DNA of 32,000 nucleotides from Dubosiella newyorkensis. Its GTDB lineage: Bacteria > Bacillota_I > Bacilli_A > Erysipelotrichales > Erysipelotrichaceae. Under the pieces are notes generated by a model that ran no database searches, was not told the DNA's origin, and was given only the letters and a program-made list of their open reading frames with translations. Shown piece by piece: positions 9,259 through 16,188 of the stretch. Position 1 is the stretch's first letter, and each line of letters opens with the position of its first letter. The stretch spans positions 6,527 through 38,526 of the forward strand of contig NZ_MPKA01000053.1 in assembly GCF_001945605.1 (NCBI RefSeq), in the 5' to 3' direction. Both the position numbers and the translations under genes were made by a program.

Positions 9259-9276
9259 GATCTATCATGCTTTTTA

Positions 9277-9537
9277 TTAAAGAGCTTTTTTCATTGCTTC
9301 TAGAACAGCGATCTTGTCTTGTTCTACAGCTGCGTCTAAAGTTTTTCCTTCTTTTTCGTCTTTTTCAGCCCAACCTTTGATTACACCGATACGATCATCG
9401 ATACGATCTGCTAAAGTTTGACCATATTTTTTTGCATCATCATCGAAATGTGCTTCGAATTCATCAACAACGGCTTTTCCGTAGTTGCTATCTCCTGCTG
9501 CTGCTCTTAATTTAGCGATTGTTTCTTCTTTAGTCAT
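9277..9537 (-). CDS. Small acidic helical protein of unknown function, paralog B (86 aa)
   Basis: Similar to the neighbouring ORF at the protein level (shared SxYG, KY.Q, DR[IL]DDR[IL]G..KGW and a C-terminal KIA[IV] helix) while the DNA has diverged. This argues for real coding under selection. Confidence 0.6.
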   Translation of the reverse strand: MTKEETIAKLRAAAGDSNYGKAVVDEFEAHFDDDAKKYGQTLADRIDDRIGVIKGWAEKDEKEGKTLDAAVEQDKIAVLEAMKKAL

Positions 9538-9602
9538 AGTGTTTTTTTGTTTACCATTTTTAGGGTTCTTTCTTCGGCAATTTGGTAAACATCCTTCTTT
9601 CT
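9534..9602 (-). promoter_or_regulatory. Leader 2: extended SD, two mini-ORFs and a 9-bp hairpin upstream of paralog B
   Basis: Read on the minus strand. AGAAAGAAGG (9602-9593) is followed directly by the ATG at 9592 of a 10-codon ORF (MFTKLPKKEP, stop 9562-9560). A second ATG at 9557 opens a 7-codon ORF (MVNKKTL) whose TGA overlaps the main ATG as ATGA (9537-9534). The stem TGTTTACCA (9591-9583) / TGGTAAACA (9556-9548) contains both mini-ORF start codons. Confidence 0.3.
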
Positions 9603-9660
9603 TTTTTCAGTTGTTATGCCGAAACCCGATTTTTATATTGTGTTATTGTGTTCGATCAAC

Positions 9661-9921
9661 TTATGCGATTGCTTTCAAAGCTTTTTCTACGATCGCAATC
9701 TTAGCGGCTTCTTCATCAGCTTTTGCTGCGTCGCCTTCTTCACGATGTTTCTTTTCCCAACCTTTAAGTGTTCCAAGACGATCATCTAGACGATCTTTTG
9801 CATTTTGCGCATATTTTCCTTCTTCACCGAAGTTAGCTACTAAATCAGCGATTACTTCATCACCATATGCAGATCCACCGATCGCGTCAGTCAATACTTT
9901 TTTGAATTCATCTTTTGTCAT
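9661..9921 (-). CDS. Small acidic helical protein of unknown function, paralog A (86 aa from the ATG at 9921)
   Basis: From the ATG at 9921 the N-terminus (MTKDEF...) aligns with paralog B (MTKEET...) and both proteins are 86 aa. An in-frame ATG at 9933 is an alternative start. Neither ATG has an SD. Confidence 0.6.
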   Translation of the reverse strand: MTKDEFKKVLTDAIGGSAYGDEVIADLVANFGEEGKYAQNAKDRLDDRLGTLKGWEKKHREEGDAAKADEEAAKIAIVEKALKAIA

Positions 9922-9988
9922 AATTTGTTGCATGCTTTAATGAGGGGAATTACTGGGGGCATCCATAAAAGCATACTGCCTTCTTTCT
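9918..9988 (-). promoter_or_regulatory. Leader 1: extended SD, 18-codon upstream ORF and hairpin upstream of paralog A
   Basis: Read on the minus strand. AGAAAGAAGG (9988-9979) is followed after 4 nt by the ATG at 9974 of an 18-codon ORF (MLLWMPPVIPLIKACNKL). Its TGA (9920-9918) overlaps the paralog A ATG (9921-9919) as ATGA. The stem ATGCTTT (9974-9968) / AAAGCAT (9938-9932) can extend to 9 bp with one G-U pair. Confidence 0.35.
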
Positions 9989-10025
9989 ATCTTCTTTATA
10001 TGCCCTATCCTTTATTTACAGTATC

Positions 10026-10054
10026 AATATACCCTTTCGCATAGAGATCATCAA
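10026..10054 (-). promoter_or_regulatory. Candidate sigma-70-type promoter for the small-paralog transcription unit
   Basis: Minus strand TTGATG (10054-10049), 17-nt spacer, TATATT (10031-10026), about 45 nt upstream of the leader-1 mini-ORF. Confidence 0.4.
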
Positions 10055-10260
10055 CTTTGATGCCCGTAAATGTATTCTTTTTATTGTACATTTCAAAAAA
10101 AAAAGAAATCTGCTTATTTTCCTTTATATAAAGACTATTTCTTAGATTTCACAAGGAGATTCAAATCTTGATTGTTATAAAACGTGCACATTCTCTACTT
10201 GTTTTCTAAAAAAAATGCGTTATTATAATTGGCTTTTTTCAATACTCCTGCCTTGAGGAT

Positions 10261-10300
10261 AAAAAAAGAACTAGCACAGGATCGCTCCTATGTTAGTTCT
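10261..10300 (-). terminator. Rho-independent terminator of the choloylglycine hydrolase gene
   Basis: 15-nt arms (one mismatch, one G-U pair) around a 4-nt loop, followed on the minus strand by TTTTTT. It begins 14 nt after the stop codon. Confidence 0.65.
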
Positions 10301-10313
10301 ATCTCGTTTTTAC

Positions 10314-11297
10314 TTAGTTTTGGATATTGACGTTTAAATCACGAAGAACTGGATAAGAGATCAAAGAAGAACCTTCCAGGTTTTCTTTTTTCATATCCAC
10401 CGCGTTGATGTTTTGGTTGTAATACGTCGTGTAATAGAAGATTCCCGAATCCGTATCTCCAACACTTGTATATTGAGTGATCTCGTATTCGCCTGGATGT
10501 ATTTCGGCTTCCCCATTGACCTGCTGCACATTCGTAAGGATATGGAAATATTCACCTACATTTTTTTCAATACTGTTTGGATCACAGAATGAATTCAGAC
10601 GTGTAAAGGCGGCACGAACAAACCGGCTTACTGAATCGACTCCGCCAGGAAGACCGGTCGATCCCATGCCTCTGGAATAAAGATCGATGTCTTTGGCATC
10701 TTTCGCGAAGCGTGGGGTAATGATCTGTCCTGTCAATTGAGAATAGATCGAGATGTTTTTGCATTGCCAATCAAAATCTGGGCAGTTTGTCAAAACATCG
10801 TATGGATCATCATAAACACGGAAACCTTTTTCTTTGGTTTGTTCAACAACGATACTTTCGTTTTTATCGCCAATCAGAAAATGAAGCGGTGAATTCGGTT
10901 GTTCTGCCGAGAAATGAACATCGCAAAGATTGACATTTTCTAGAAGCTTCCGAGCTTCTTCCACTGTAGAAGCTTGTCCTAAAATATATGGGATGAACTC
11001 GAAAGGCGCGATATTTTTCTTTCCTTCTTGAACAGGCGCATAATAGGCCAATCCCGCAAAGGCAGTACCAGCCATTCCTAAACCGGCGTCGTTGATCGCT
11101 TCAAAATACAATGGATAATCGTTTTGGATCAATCCCATCCCGATCAAGGCATGATGATTTTTGATCTCGCTTCCATCCTTCATTTTGAATACATAATTAT
11201 GGGGTGTGATGACCACATCAACTGGATAATTGATTTCTAAATCAAGGTTCCGGCCAAATAAATGGCAGCCATTTGTATAGTTAACAGCAGTACACAT
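10314..11297 (-). CDS. Choloylglycine hydrolase family Ntn-hydrolase (bile salt hydrolase / penicillin V acylase type)
   Basis: Begins MCTAVNY, with the Cys2 nucleophile exposed after Met removal. About 325 aa, with the family-typical NLD/R, GMGLIQN and GLPGG..S..RF patterns. SD AAGAGGAA. Confidence 0.85.
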   Translation of the reverse strand: MCTAVNYTNGCHLFGRNLDLEINYPVDVVITPHNYVFKMKDGSEIKNHHALIGMGLIQNDYPLYFEAINDAGLGMAGTAFAGLAYYAPVQEGKKNIAPFEFIPYILGQASTVEEARKLLENVNLCDVHFSAEQPNSPLHFLIGDKNESIVVEQTKEKGFRVYDDPYDVLTNCPDFDWQCKNISIYSQLTGQIITPRFAKDAKDIDLYSRGMGSTGLPGGVDSVSRFVRAAFTRLNSFCDPNSIEKNVGEYFHILTNVQQVNGEAEIHPGEYEITQYTSVGDTDSGIFYYTTYYNQNINAVDMKKENLEGSSLISYPVLRDLNVNIQN

Positions 11298-11340
11298 ATT
11301 GATTCCTCTTTTCTATAGCTTTATCATACAAAGTTGGCCC

Positions 11341-11376
11341 AATAAAAAACATTGATATGCTTGAGATATATCAATG
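11341..11376 (-). terminator. Rho-independent terminator of the small MerR gene
   Basis: Perfect 11-bp stem AACATTGATAT (11348-11358) / ATATCAATGTT (11366-11376) with a 7-nt loop and a T-run on the minus strand. It overlaps the MerR stop codon. Confidence 0.6.
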
Positions 11377-11736
11377 TTCGTTTTTCTGTAACTTTTTCTT
11401 GTAGTAGTCGATCTTATGATCCAAACGACCTAGCATTTGATCCATTTGAATTCTCTCTTGGATCAAGATCTCCCTTTGCTCCTGCAATAGATCCAATCTT
11501 TTGGCTAACGTAGTGTCTCCTTCTTTGGACAAGTTGACAAATTCCACGATCGCCTGGATCGGAAGTCCCGTTTTACGCATGCACAAGACAAGCTCGACCC
11601 AACCCAGATCCGTTTCATTATAATCTCGGATCCCGCTAGATGTCCTATGAACAGGAGGAATCATTCCTACTTTTTCATAATAACGAAGGGTATCCTCTTT
11701 GATGTTGAACTTTTCGCTAACTTCTTTGATTTGCAC
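11371..11736 (-). CDS. MerR-family transcriptional regulator, AdhR/NmlR-like (single conserved Cys)
   Basis: N-terminal HTH TLRYYEKVGMIPPVHRTSSGIRDYNETDL, then ...LCMRKTGLPIQAI and a C-terminal dimerisation coiled coil. The pattern closely recalls B. subtilis AdhR as I remember it. GTG start with AAGGAG 7 nt upstream. Confidence 0.8.
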   Translation of the reverse strand: MQIKEVSEKFNIKEDTLRYYEKVGMIPPVHRTSSGIRDYNETDLGWVELVLCMRKTGLPIQAIVEFVNLSKEGDTTLAKRLDLLQEQREILIQERIQMDQMLGRLDHKIDYYKKKLQKNEH

Positions 11737-11756
11737 TTTTTTCTCCTTTAATAAAA

Positions 11757-11787
11757 AGTATACGTCTTAGAGTTAAGTCAAAGTCAA
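11757..11787 (-). promoter_or_regulatory. Candidate MerR-type promoter with 19-nt spacer upstream of the small MerR gene
   Basis: Minus strand TTGACT (11787-11782), 19-nt spacer containing the imperfect dyad GACTTAactcTAAGAC, TATACT (11762-11757). Confidence 0.4.
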
Positions 11788-11793
11788 CAAGAA

Positions 11794-12681
11794 TTACGGT
11801 AGCGGACGACAAGTTTTTTCAACGAACTCTTTGCTTAGAACTTTTGGGCCCGAAACCTTGAAGTAGATCGTATACGATTTTGAATCTTTTTTCACGACCT
11901 CGCCTTTGCCGATCGTAGGATGAACGATCCATTCGCCGATCGCGAACGCTTTTTTCTTTTCCGTTTTTGGGAGCACAAGCGAAAGCGAAGTATCTTCTAC
12001 TTTCGTTTGTTTTTGATCTTCTACCTTCAAGATCGGCGAATAATACATCGCATCGACTAGATCAGAAAATGAATGAATATTTTTCAATACGCCCGCCTGG
12101 GCCATCGATACATATATACAGCAGGCAAGAGCTTGATTTCCTCCTTTGGGTTCTTCCGCACATTCGATATCCGTAAACGCGTTGAACTCCAGCAGCTTTT
12201 GTGCCAATAAAGGATGTTCTTTGATCGCTCTAAAATAAAGCCATGTGTAGAAGGCGGTATCCGGATTGGCTGGGTATTGCTTGTTTTCAAGGTTAAAATG
12301 GACGACTTTTCCGACTTTTTGTTTTCGAGGATCCCGCTTGGCTTCTAAAGCCGATGCGCCGAGCAAATCATAAAAGGGGCCTCCATGTTCATAAACTTTG
12401 GATGCTTGGTAAATATTCTCGATGGAAAAGGCCTTCTGCAAAAAAGGAAGGCGAAGCGTTAAATTGAATGGCGAAAGCGCGATCCCGACTTCTTGATCGG
12501 ATTTGGTCGAGATTTCCAGAACTTTCATCGTGGGGTATCGTTTTAAAAACGCGGCATGGAGCGCTTCCACATTCTTTTTCTTTTGACTGGCGGATTGGCC
12601 AGGAAAAAACTCAAATTCGATTTTTGCTTTTTTATAATAAGGTCTTTGAGGCGTGACCATAAATACGATTCTTGTTGTCAT
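11794..12681 (-). CDS. Uncharacterised 295-aa protein; about 215-aa N-terminal domain of unknown function plus a C-terminal Tudor/SH3-like motif resembling the PcrA/UvrD C-terminal domain
   Basis: Long ORF with normal composition for this window. The C-terminal GEWIVHPTIGKGEVVKK...YTIYFKVSGPKVLSKEF fits the G..V.H..[FI]G.G.V...V.F...G.K.L pattern. I cannot name the N-terminal domain. Confidence 0.6.
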   Translation of the reverse strand: MTTRIVFMVTPQRPYYKKAKIEFEFFPGQSASQKKKNVEALHAAFLKRYPTMKVLEISTKSDQEVGIALSPFNLTLRLPFLQKAFSIENIYQASKVYEHGGPFYDLLGASALEAKRDPRKQKVGKVVHFNLENKQYPANPDTAFYTWLYFRAIKEHPLLAQKLLEFNAFTDIECAEEPKGGNQALACCIYVSMAQAGVLKNIHSFSDLVDAMYYSPILKVEDQKQTKVEDTSLSLVLPKTEKKKAFAIGEWIVHPTIGKGEVVKKDSKSYTIYFKVSGPKVLSKEFVEKTCRPLP

Positions 12682-12780
12682 ACCTTTATTTTAGAAGAAT
12701 TCTTAATAAAAGAGCGTTGAATTGCTTCTTTCCAAAGAAAAAAAACTTTCGTACAATAATAGCGTTTATGGAGGGATACT

Positions 12781-14157
12781 ATGAGTGAAAATCAAAATAC
12801 GATGGATATGACATCGGGTCCATGTGCCAAACAGATCTTACTTTTTGGAACTCCGCTTTTAGCTGGAAACCTTTTACAACAGCTTTACAATTTTGTAGAT
12901 ACGATCGTCGTCGGAAGAGGGATCGGCGTCGATGCTTTAGCCGCTGTCGGTTTGACGGGTTCTTTGAATTTCTTAGTGCTTGGATTCGTGATCGGTCTTT
13001 CTCAAGGCGTATCGATTCTCGTTTCGCAATACTTTGGAGCGCGAGATCCACAATCGATCCGTCGATCGATCACAATGTCTTTTTTTCTTTGTTTTGGATT
13101 TTCGATCATAATTACTTTTTTAGCTTTTTTCGGGACCGAATGGCTGTTGCGCTGGATCCAGACGCCGGAAGATCTAATGGCCAACGCCAAGCTTTACATC
13201 CAGATCATCTTCGCTTGTATGAGTGTTTCGATGTGTTATAACTTTTATTCTGGCATCTTGCGCGCTTTTGGCGATTCTAAAAATCCATTGATCGCGATGA
13301 TCCTCTCCTTTTTCTTGAACACGATCCTCGATATCGTGCTTGTCATCCCTTGTAAAATGGGAGTCGCTGGCGCGGCGATCGCGACCGTGGTCGCCCAGTT
13401 ATTTTCTGCGATCTATTGTTTTACGTTCGTTCAAAGAATCCAAGAAGCCAAAATCAAAAAAGAAGATTGGAAATGGAATCCTTACTTATTTTTTCGTTCA
13501 TTAAAGTTGTCCATTCCTGTTGCAATCATGAATTCGATCACTGCTGTAGGGGTCATGGTGCTTCAAAGCGCGATCAATCAATTTGGTTCGATCTATATTG
13601 CGGGCTACACGGCTGCAAGCAAAGTGATCATCCTTCTTGAGCAGATCCCGAGCACGTATGGGTTTGCGACAGGCACATTTGTTGGACAAAATCTAGGGGC
13701 CAACCATTTAGGTCGGATCAAAAAAGGGGTCAAATCGATGAATATCGCGATGGCGTTGATGTGTCTTGCCTGTTGTGTCTTGATCTTCTTATTTGGAGAG
13801 TTCTTAATGAAAGTCATGATTGGGGGAAACGAGCATGAAACGATGCTCATTGGTTTTCATTGCTTGAAGATCTTATCCCTATTCCTAGTAGGTCTAGGGT
13901 GGCTATGGATCTTCCGTTGCGCGCTGCAAAGTATGGGCGATACGTTTTGGCCTATGATTTCGGGAATCGTGGAATTGGTTGCCCGGATCGGCATGGTCGC
14001 CCTACTTCCTGTGTTTCTTTCCTTTGATGGGATCTTGTTGGCGGAAGTTTCGGCTTGGGTAGCGGCCGCCTGTATGTTGGCGATCGTCTATTGGATCACG
14101 ATCCGCAAGCTCGATCAATCGCATTTGCTCATGGAGCGCCTGCCTTTGGAAGTCTAA
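12781..14157 (+). CDS. MATE-family multidrug/oligosaccharide efflux transporter
   Basis: 458 aa and about 12 TM segments, with the N-terminal MATE pattern (PLLAGNLLQQLYNFVDTIVVGR.G..ALAAVG). SD GGAGGGA 5 nt upstream of the ATG. Confidence 0.9.
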   Translation: MSENQNTMDMTSGPCAKQILLFGTPLLAGNLLQQLYNFVDTIVVGRGIGVDALAAVGLTGSLNFLVLGFVIGLSQGVSILVSQYFGARDPQSIRRSITMSFFLCFGFSIIITFLAFFGTEWLLRWIQTPEDLMANAKLYIQIIFACMSVSMCYNFYSGILRAFGDSKNPLIAMILSFFLNTILDIVLVIPCKMGVAGAAIATVVAQLFSAIYCFTFVQRIQEAKIKKEDWKWNPYLFFRSLKLSIPVAIMNSITAVGVMVLQSAINQFGSIYIAGYTAASKVIILLEQIPSTYGFATGTFVGQNLGANHLGRIKKGVKSMNIAMALMCLACCVLIFLFGEFLMKVMIGGNEHETMLIGFHCLKILSLFLVGLGWLWIFRCALQSMGDTFWPMISGIVELVARIGMVALLPVFLSFDGILLAEVSAWVAAACMLAIVYWITIRKLDQSHLLMERLPLEV

Positions 14158-14201
14158 CAAAAAAAGAGAAAACCAAAGTCTTCTCTTATTTCCATAATTT
14201 T

Positions 14202-14240
14202 GAAAAGATCGAAACGAAGGATTCGATCTTTTCTTTTCGC
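14202..14240 (+). terminator. Rho-independent terminator of the MATE gene
   Basis: Perfect 12-bp stem GAAAAGATCGAA (14202-14213) / TTCGATCTTTTC (14222-14233) with an 8-nt loop, followed by TTTTCGCTT. Confidence 0.7.
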
Positions 14241-14324
14241 TTGACGATCGTTTTTCGCATAGTCTTCTCCTTCGGTTAGATATAACTAACTTAAGTATAT
14301 CGAATCAAAACGATCTGTCAAGTT

Positions 14325-15413
14325 CTATTCTTGTTCATCTCCAAAGCTGATTCCAAGCATACGCGCTTGTTCGATGATCGAAGCGTCTGGTTGGACGAGT
14401 TTTAATTTACCAGCGACTTCTTTCAAAGGAACTTTGATGATTTCTCGATTTTTATATGCCACCATATAGCCATATTTTCCATCACAGATCAATTTTCCGG
14501 CTTCGCTGCCCAATCGGCTTGCAAAGACACGGTCATATGCATCAGGCGCTCCTCCACGTTGAGTATGGCCAGGAACCGTCACGCGGACTTCGCGGCCTGT
14601 CAGTTCTTCGATCTCTGCTGCTAATTTATACGACACGGATGGATACATATATTGGCTCAATCGTTCTTTATATTCTTTTTTGCTTAATTTCCGATCTTCT
14701 TTCGACATCGCTCCTTCTGCGACGACAATGATCATAAAATGGCCATCGTTGCTCGTCTTTTTGTTTTCAACCACTTTAACGACTTGATTAAGATCATAAG
14801 GAATCTCCGGAAGCAAGATAATATCGGCTCCTCCCGCGATCCCTGCATTCAGTGGAAGCCATCCTGTTTTGTGCCCCATCAATTCGACGATGAACACGCG
14901 ACCATGGCTTGAAGCGGTAGTATGAATTTCATCGATGCAGCGTGTCGCGATGTCCACAGCCGATTGAAATCCAAAAGTCATATCGGTTCCCCATAAATCA
15001 TTGTCGATCGTTTTTGGCATCGCGATCACATTCAATCCTTCTTCCGAAAGACGATTGGCTGTCTTGATCGAGCCATTTCCTCCAAGTACGACGAGGCAAT
15101 CGAGCTCTAAAACTTTATAGGTTTTTTTCATGAGCTTGACTTTATCATTACCTTTCTCGTCTGGTTTGTCTAGGTCCTTAAACGGAGTGCGGCTTGTTCC
15201 TAAGATCGTTCCACCGACCGTTAAAATGCTCGCGAAATCATCGCCTCGAAGCATTTTAAAATTGTTGTACATCAATCCTTTGTAGCCATCGATAAAGCCA
15301 TAGATCTCTACAGGTTCTTTGGCGTTGTGTTTTACGGATTTATAGATCGCGCGCATCGTTGCGTTCAGTGCTTGGCAATCCCCTCCGCTTGTTAACATTC
15401 CTACTCTAAGCAT
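14325..15413 (-). CDS. pfkA: 6-phosphofructokinase
   Basis: Carries MLTSGGDCQALNA, LGGNGS, PKTIDNDL, ELMGHKTGW and HTQRGG motifs. SD AGGAGA. Confidence 0.9.
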   Translation of the reverse strand: MLRVGMLTSGGDCQALNATMRAIYKSVKHNAKEPVEIYGFIDGYKGLMYNNFKMLRGDDFASILTVGGTILGTSRTPFKDLDKPDEKGNDKVKLMKKTYKVLELDCLVVLGGNGSIKTANRLSEEGLNVIAMPKTIDNDLWGTDMTFGFQSAVDIATRCIDEIHTTASSHGRVFIVELMGHKTGWLPLNAGIAGGADIILLPEIPYDLNQVVKVVENKKTSNDGHFMIIVVAEGAMSKEDRKLSKKEYKERLSQYMYPSVSYKLAAEIEELTGREVRVTVPGHTQRGGAPDAYDRVFASRLGSEAGKLICDGKYGYMVAYKNREIIKVPLKEVAGKLKLVQPDASIIEQARMLGISFGDEQE

Positions 15414-15455
15414 ATTATTTCTCCTATCATTTGATTTTAATTATACGCTTTCCTT

Positions 15456-15830
15456 CTATAAAGCGTATTTAGAAATGCATTGTCCGATCTGCAGGATCTC
15501 GTTATCGCCTAAAAACTCAAACTTGACTTTTCCCGCTCCGCTAAAATACATTTCAAGTTCACAGTCGAGATCGAACGTTCCAGAAGTCTCGATTGAAAAG
15601 ACGGAAATCTTTTTATAGGGCATCGATGTATAGTCTTGCTTTTTTCCGGTAATTCCTTGTACATTACAGGCAATTACTCTTCGATCTGTAAAGACGACAA
15701 AATCCCGAACGCTTTTATAGGCGCCGATGATTTGTTCTCCTTCGATCAAAAGAAGGCGCAGATTTTTTCCGATCGCGCTTTCATCACATTTTCTGAGCTT
15801 CCATAAAGCTCCATTTTCAAAATCGATCAT
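15456..15830 (-). CDS. Bacterial PH-domain protein (bPH/YokE-like, about 124 aa)
   Basis: Size and pattern fit: ...DFVVFTDRRVI..NVQGITGKK.DYTS.PY..I..FS.ETSG.FD.D.EL......G..KFEF. Confidence 0.7.
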   Translation of the reverse strand: MIDFENGALWKLRKCDESAIGKNLRLLLIEGEQIIGAYKSVRDFVVFTDRRVIACNVQGITGKKQDYTSMPYKKISVFSIETSGTFDLDCELEMYFSGAGKVKFEFLGDNEILQIGQCISKYAL

Positions 15831-15858
15831 ATATTTTCCTTTCCTTCTTGTATCTAAT

Positions 15859-15887
15859 TTGACATATTTTCTTTAGGTTATTTATAT
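15859..15887 (+). promoter_or_regulatory. Candidate promoter of the SemiSWEET gene
   Basis: TTGACA (15859-15864), 17-nt spacer, TTATAT (15882-15887). The SD GAGGTGA and the ATG follow about 20 nt downstream. Confidence 0.45.
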
Positions 15888-15907
15888 TTTAAATACGAGG
15901 TGAAACT

Positions 15908-16168
15908 ATGAATAAAAATAAACTCTATCATTATGTAGGGACTACCGCTTCTATCATGTCTGTTTTAATGTATGTATCCTATATCGCGCAGATCCATGCC
16001 AACTTGAATGGTCAAAAGGGCAATGTCATACAGCCAGCCGTAGCGTTTGTGAACTGTATCCTTTGGACAATCTATGGCTTATGGAGCAAGCCAAAAGATT
16101 GGCCGATCATCATCGCGAACGTTCCAGGCATCTTTCTTGCTGCGTTGACTGTAGCGACCGGTCTATGA
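15908..16168 (+). CDS. SemiSWEET-type small sugar transporter (3 TM, MtN3/PQ-loop-like)
   Basis: 86 aa with three hydrophobic helices and a family-like pattern (SIMSVLMYVSYIAQI...G....IQP..AFVNCILW..YGL). Confidence 0.7.
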   Translation: MNKNKLYHYVGTTASIMSVLMYVSYIAQIHANLNGQKGNVIQPAVAFVNCILWTIYGLWSKPKDWPIIIANVPGIFLAALTVATGL

Positions 16169-16188
16169 TCTAAATTGGATCATAGACC
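16160..16188. other. 11-bp perfect hairpin spanning the overlapping stop codons of two convergent genes
   Basis: GGTCTATGATC (16160-16170) / GATCATAGACC (16178-16188) with a 7-nt loop and no U-tract on either side. It lies inside the last codons of both the SemiSWEET and the lipoprotein ORFs. Confidence 0.4.

Noticed and set aside
9538-9660. Leader 2 as a preQ1-type or other known riboswitch (hairpin followed by an A-rich tail, CCCUAAAAA in the loop).
   Set aside because: The resemblance is limited to a few nucleotides. I cannot match the conserved core of any riboswitch class from memory, and the downstream gene has no link to queuosine metabolism. I kept it only as an unclassified structured leader.
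10055-10258. AT-rich 200-nt spacer with short palindromes (CTTTATATAAAG at 10122-10133; AATGTA-N12-TACATT at 10069-10092) as operator sites.
   Set aside because: Palindromes of this length are expected by chance in such AT-rich DNA. There is no repeated motif shared with other intergenic regions in the window.
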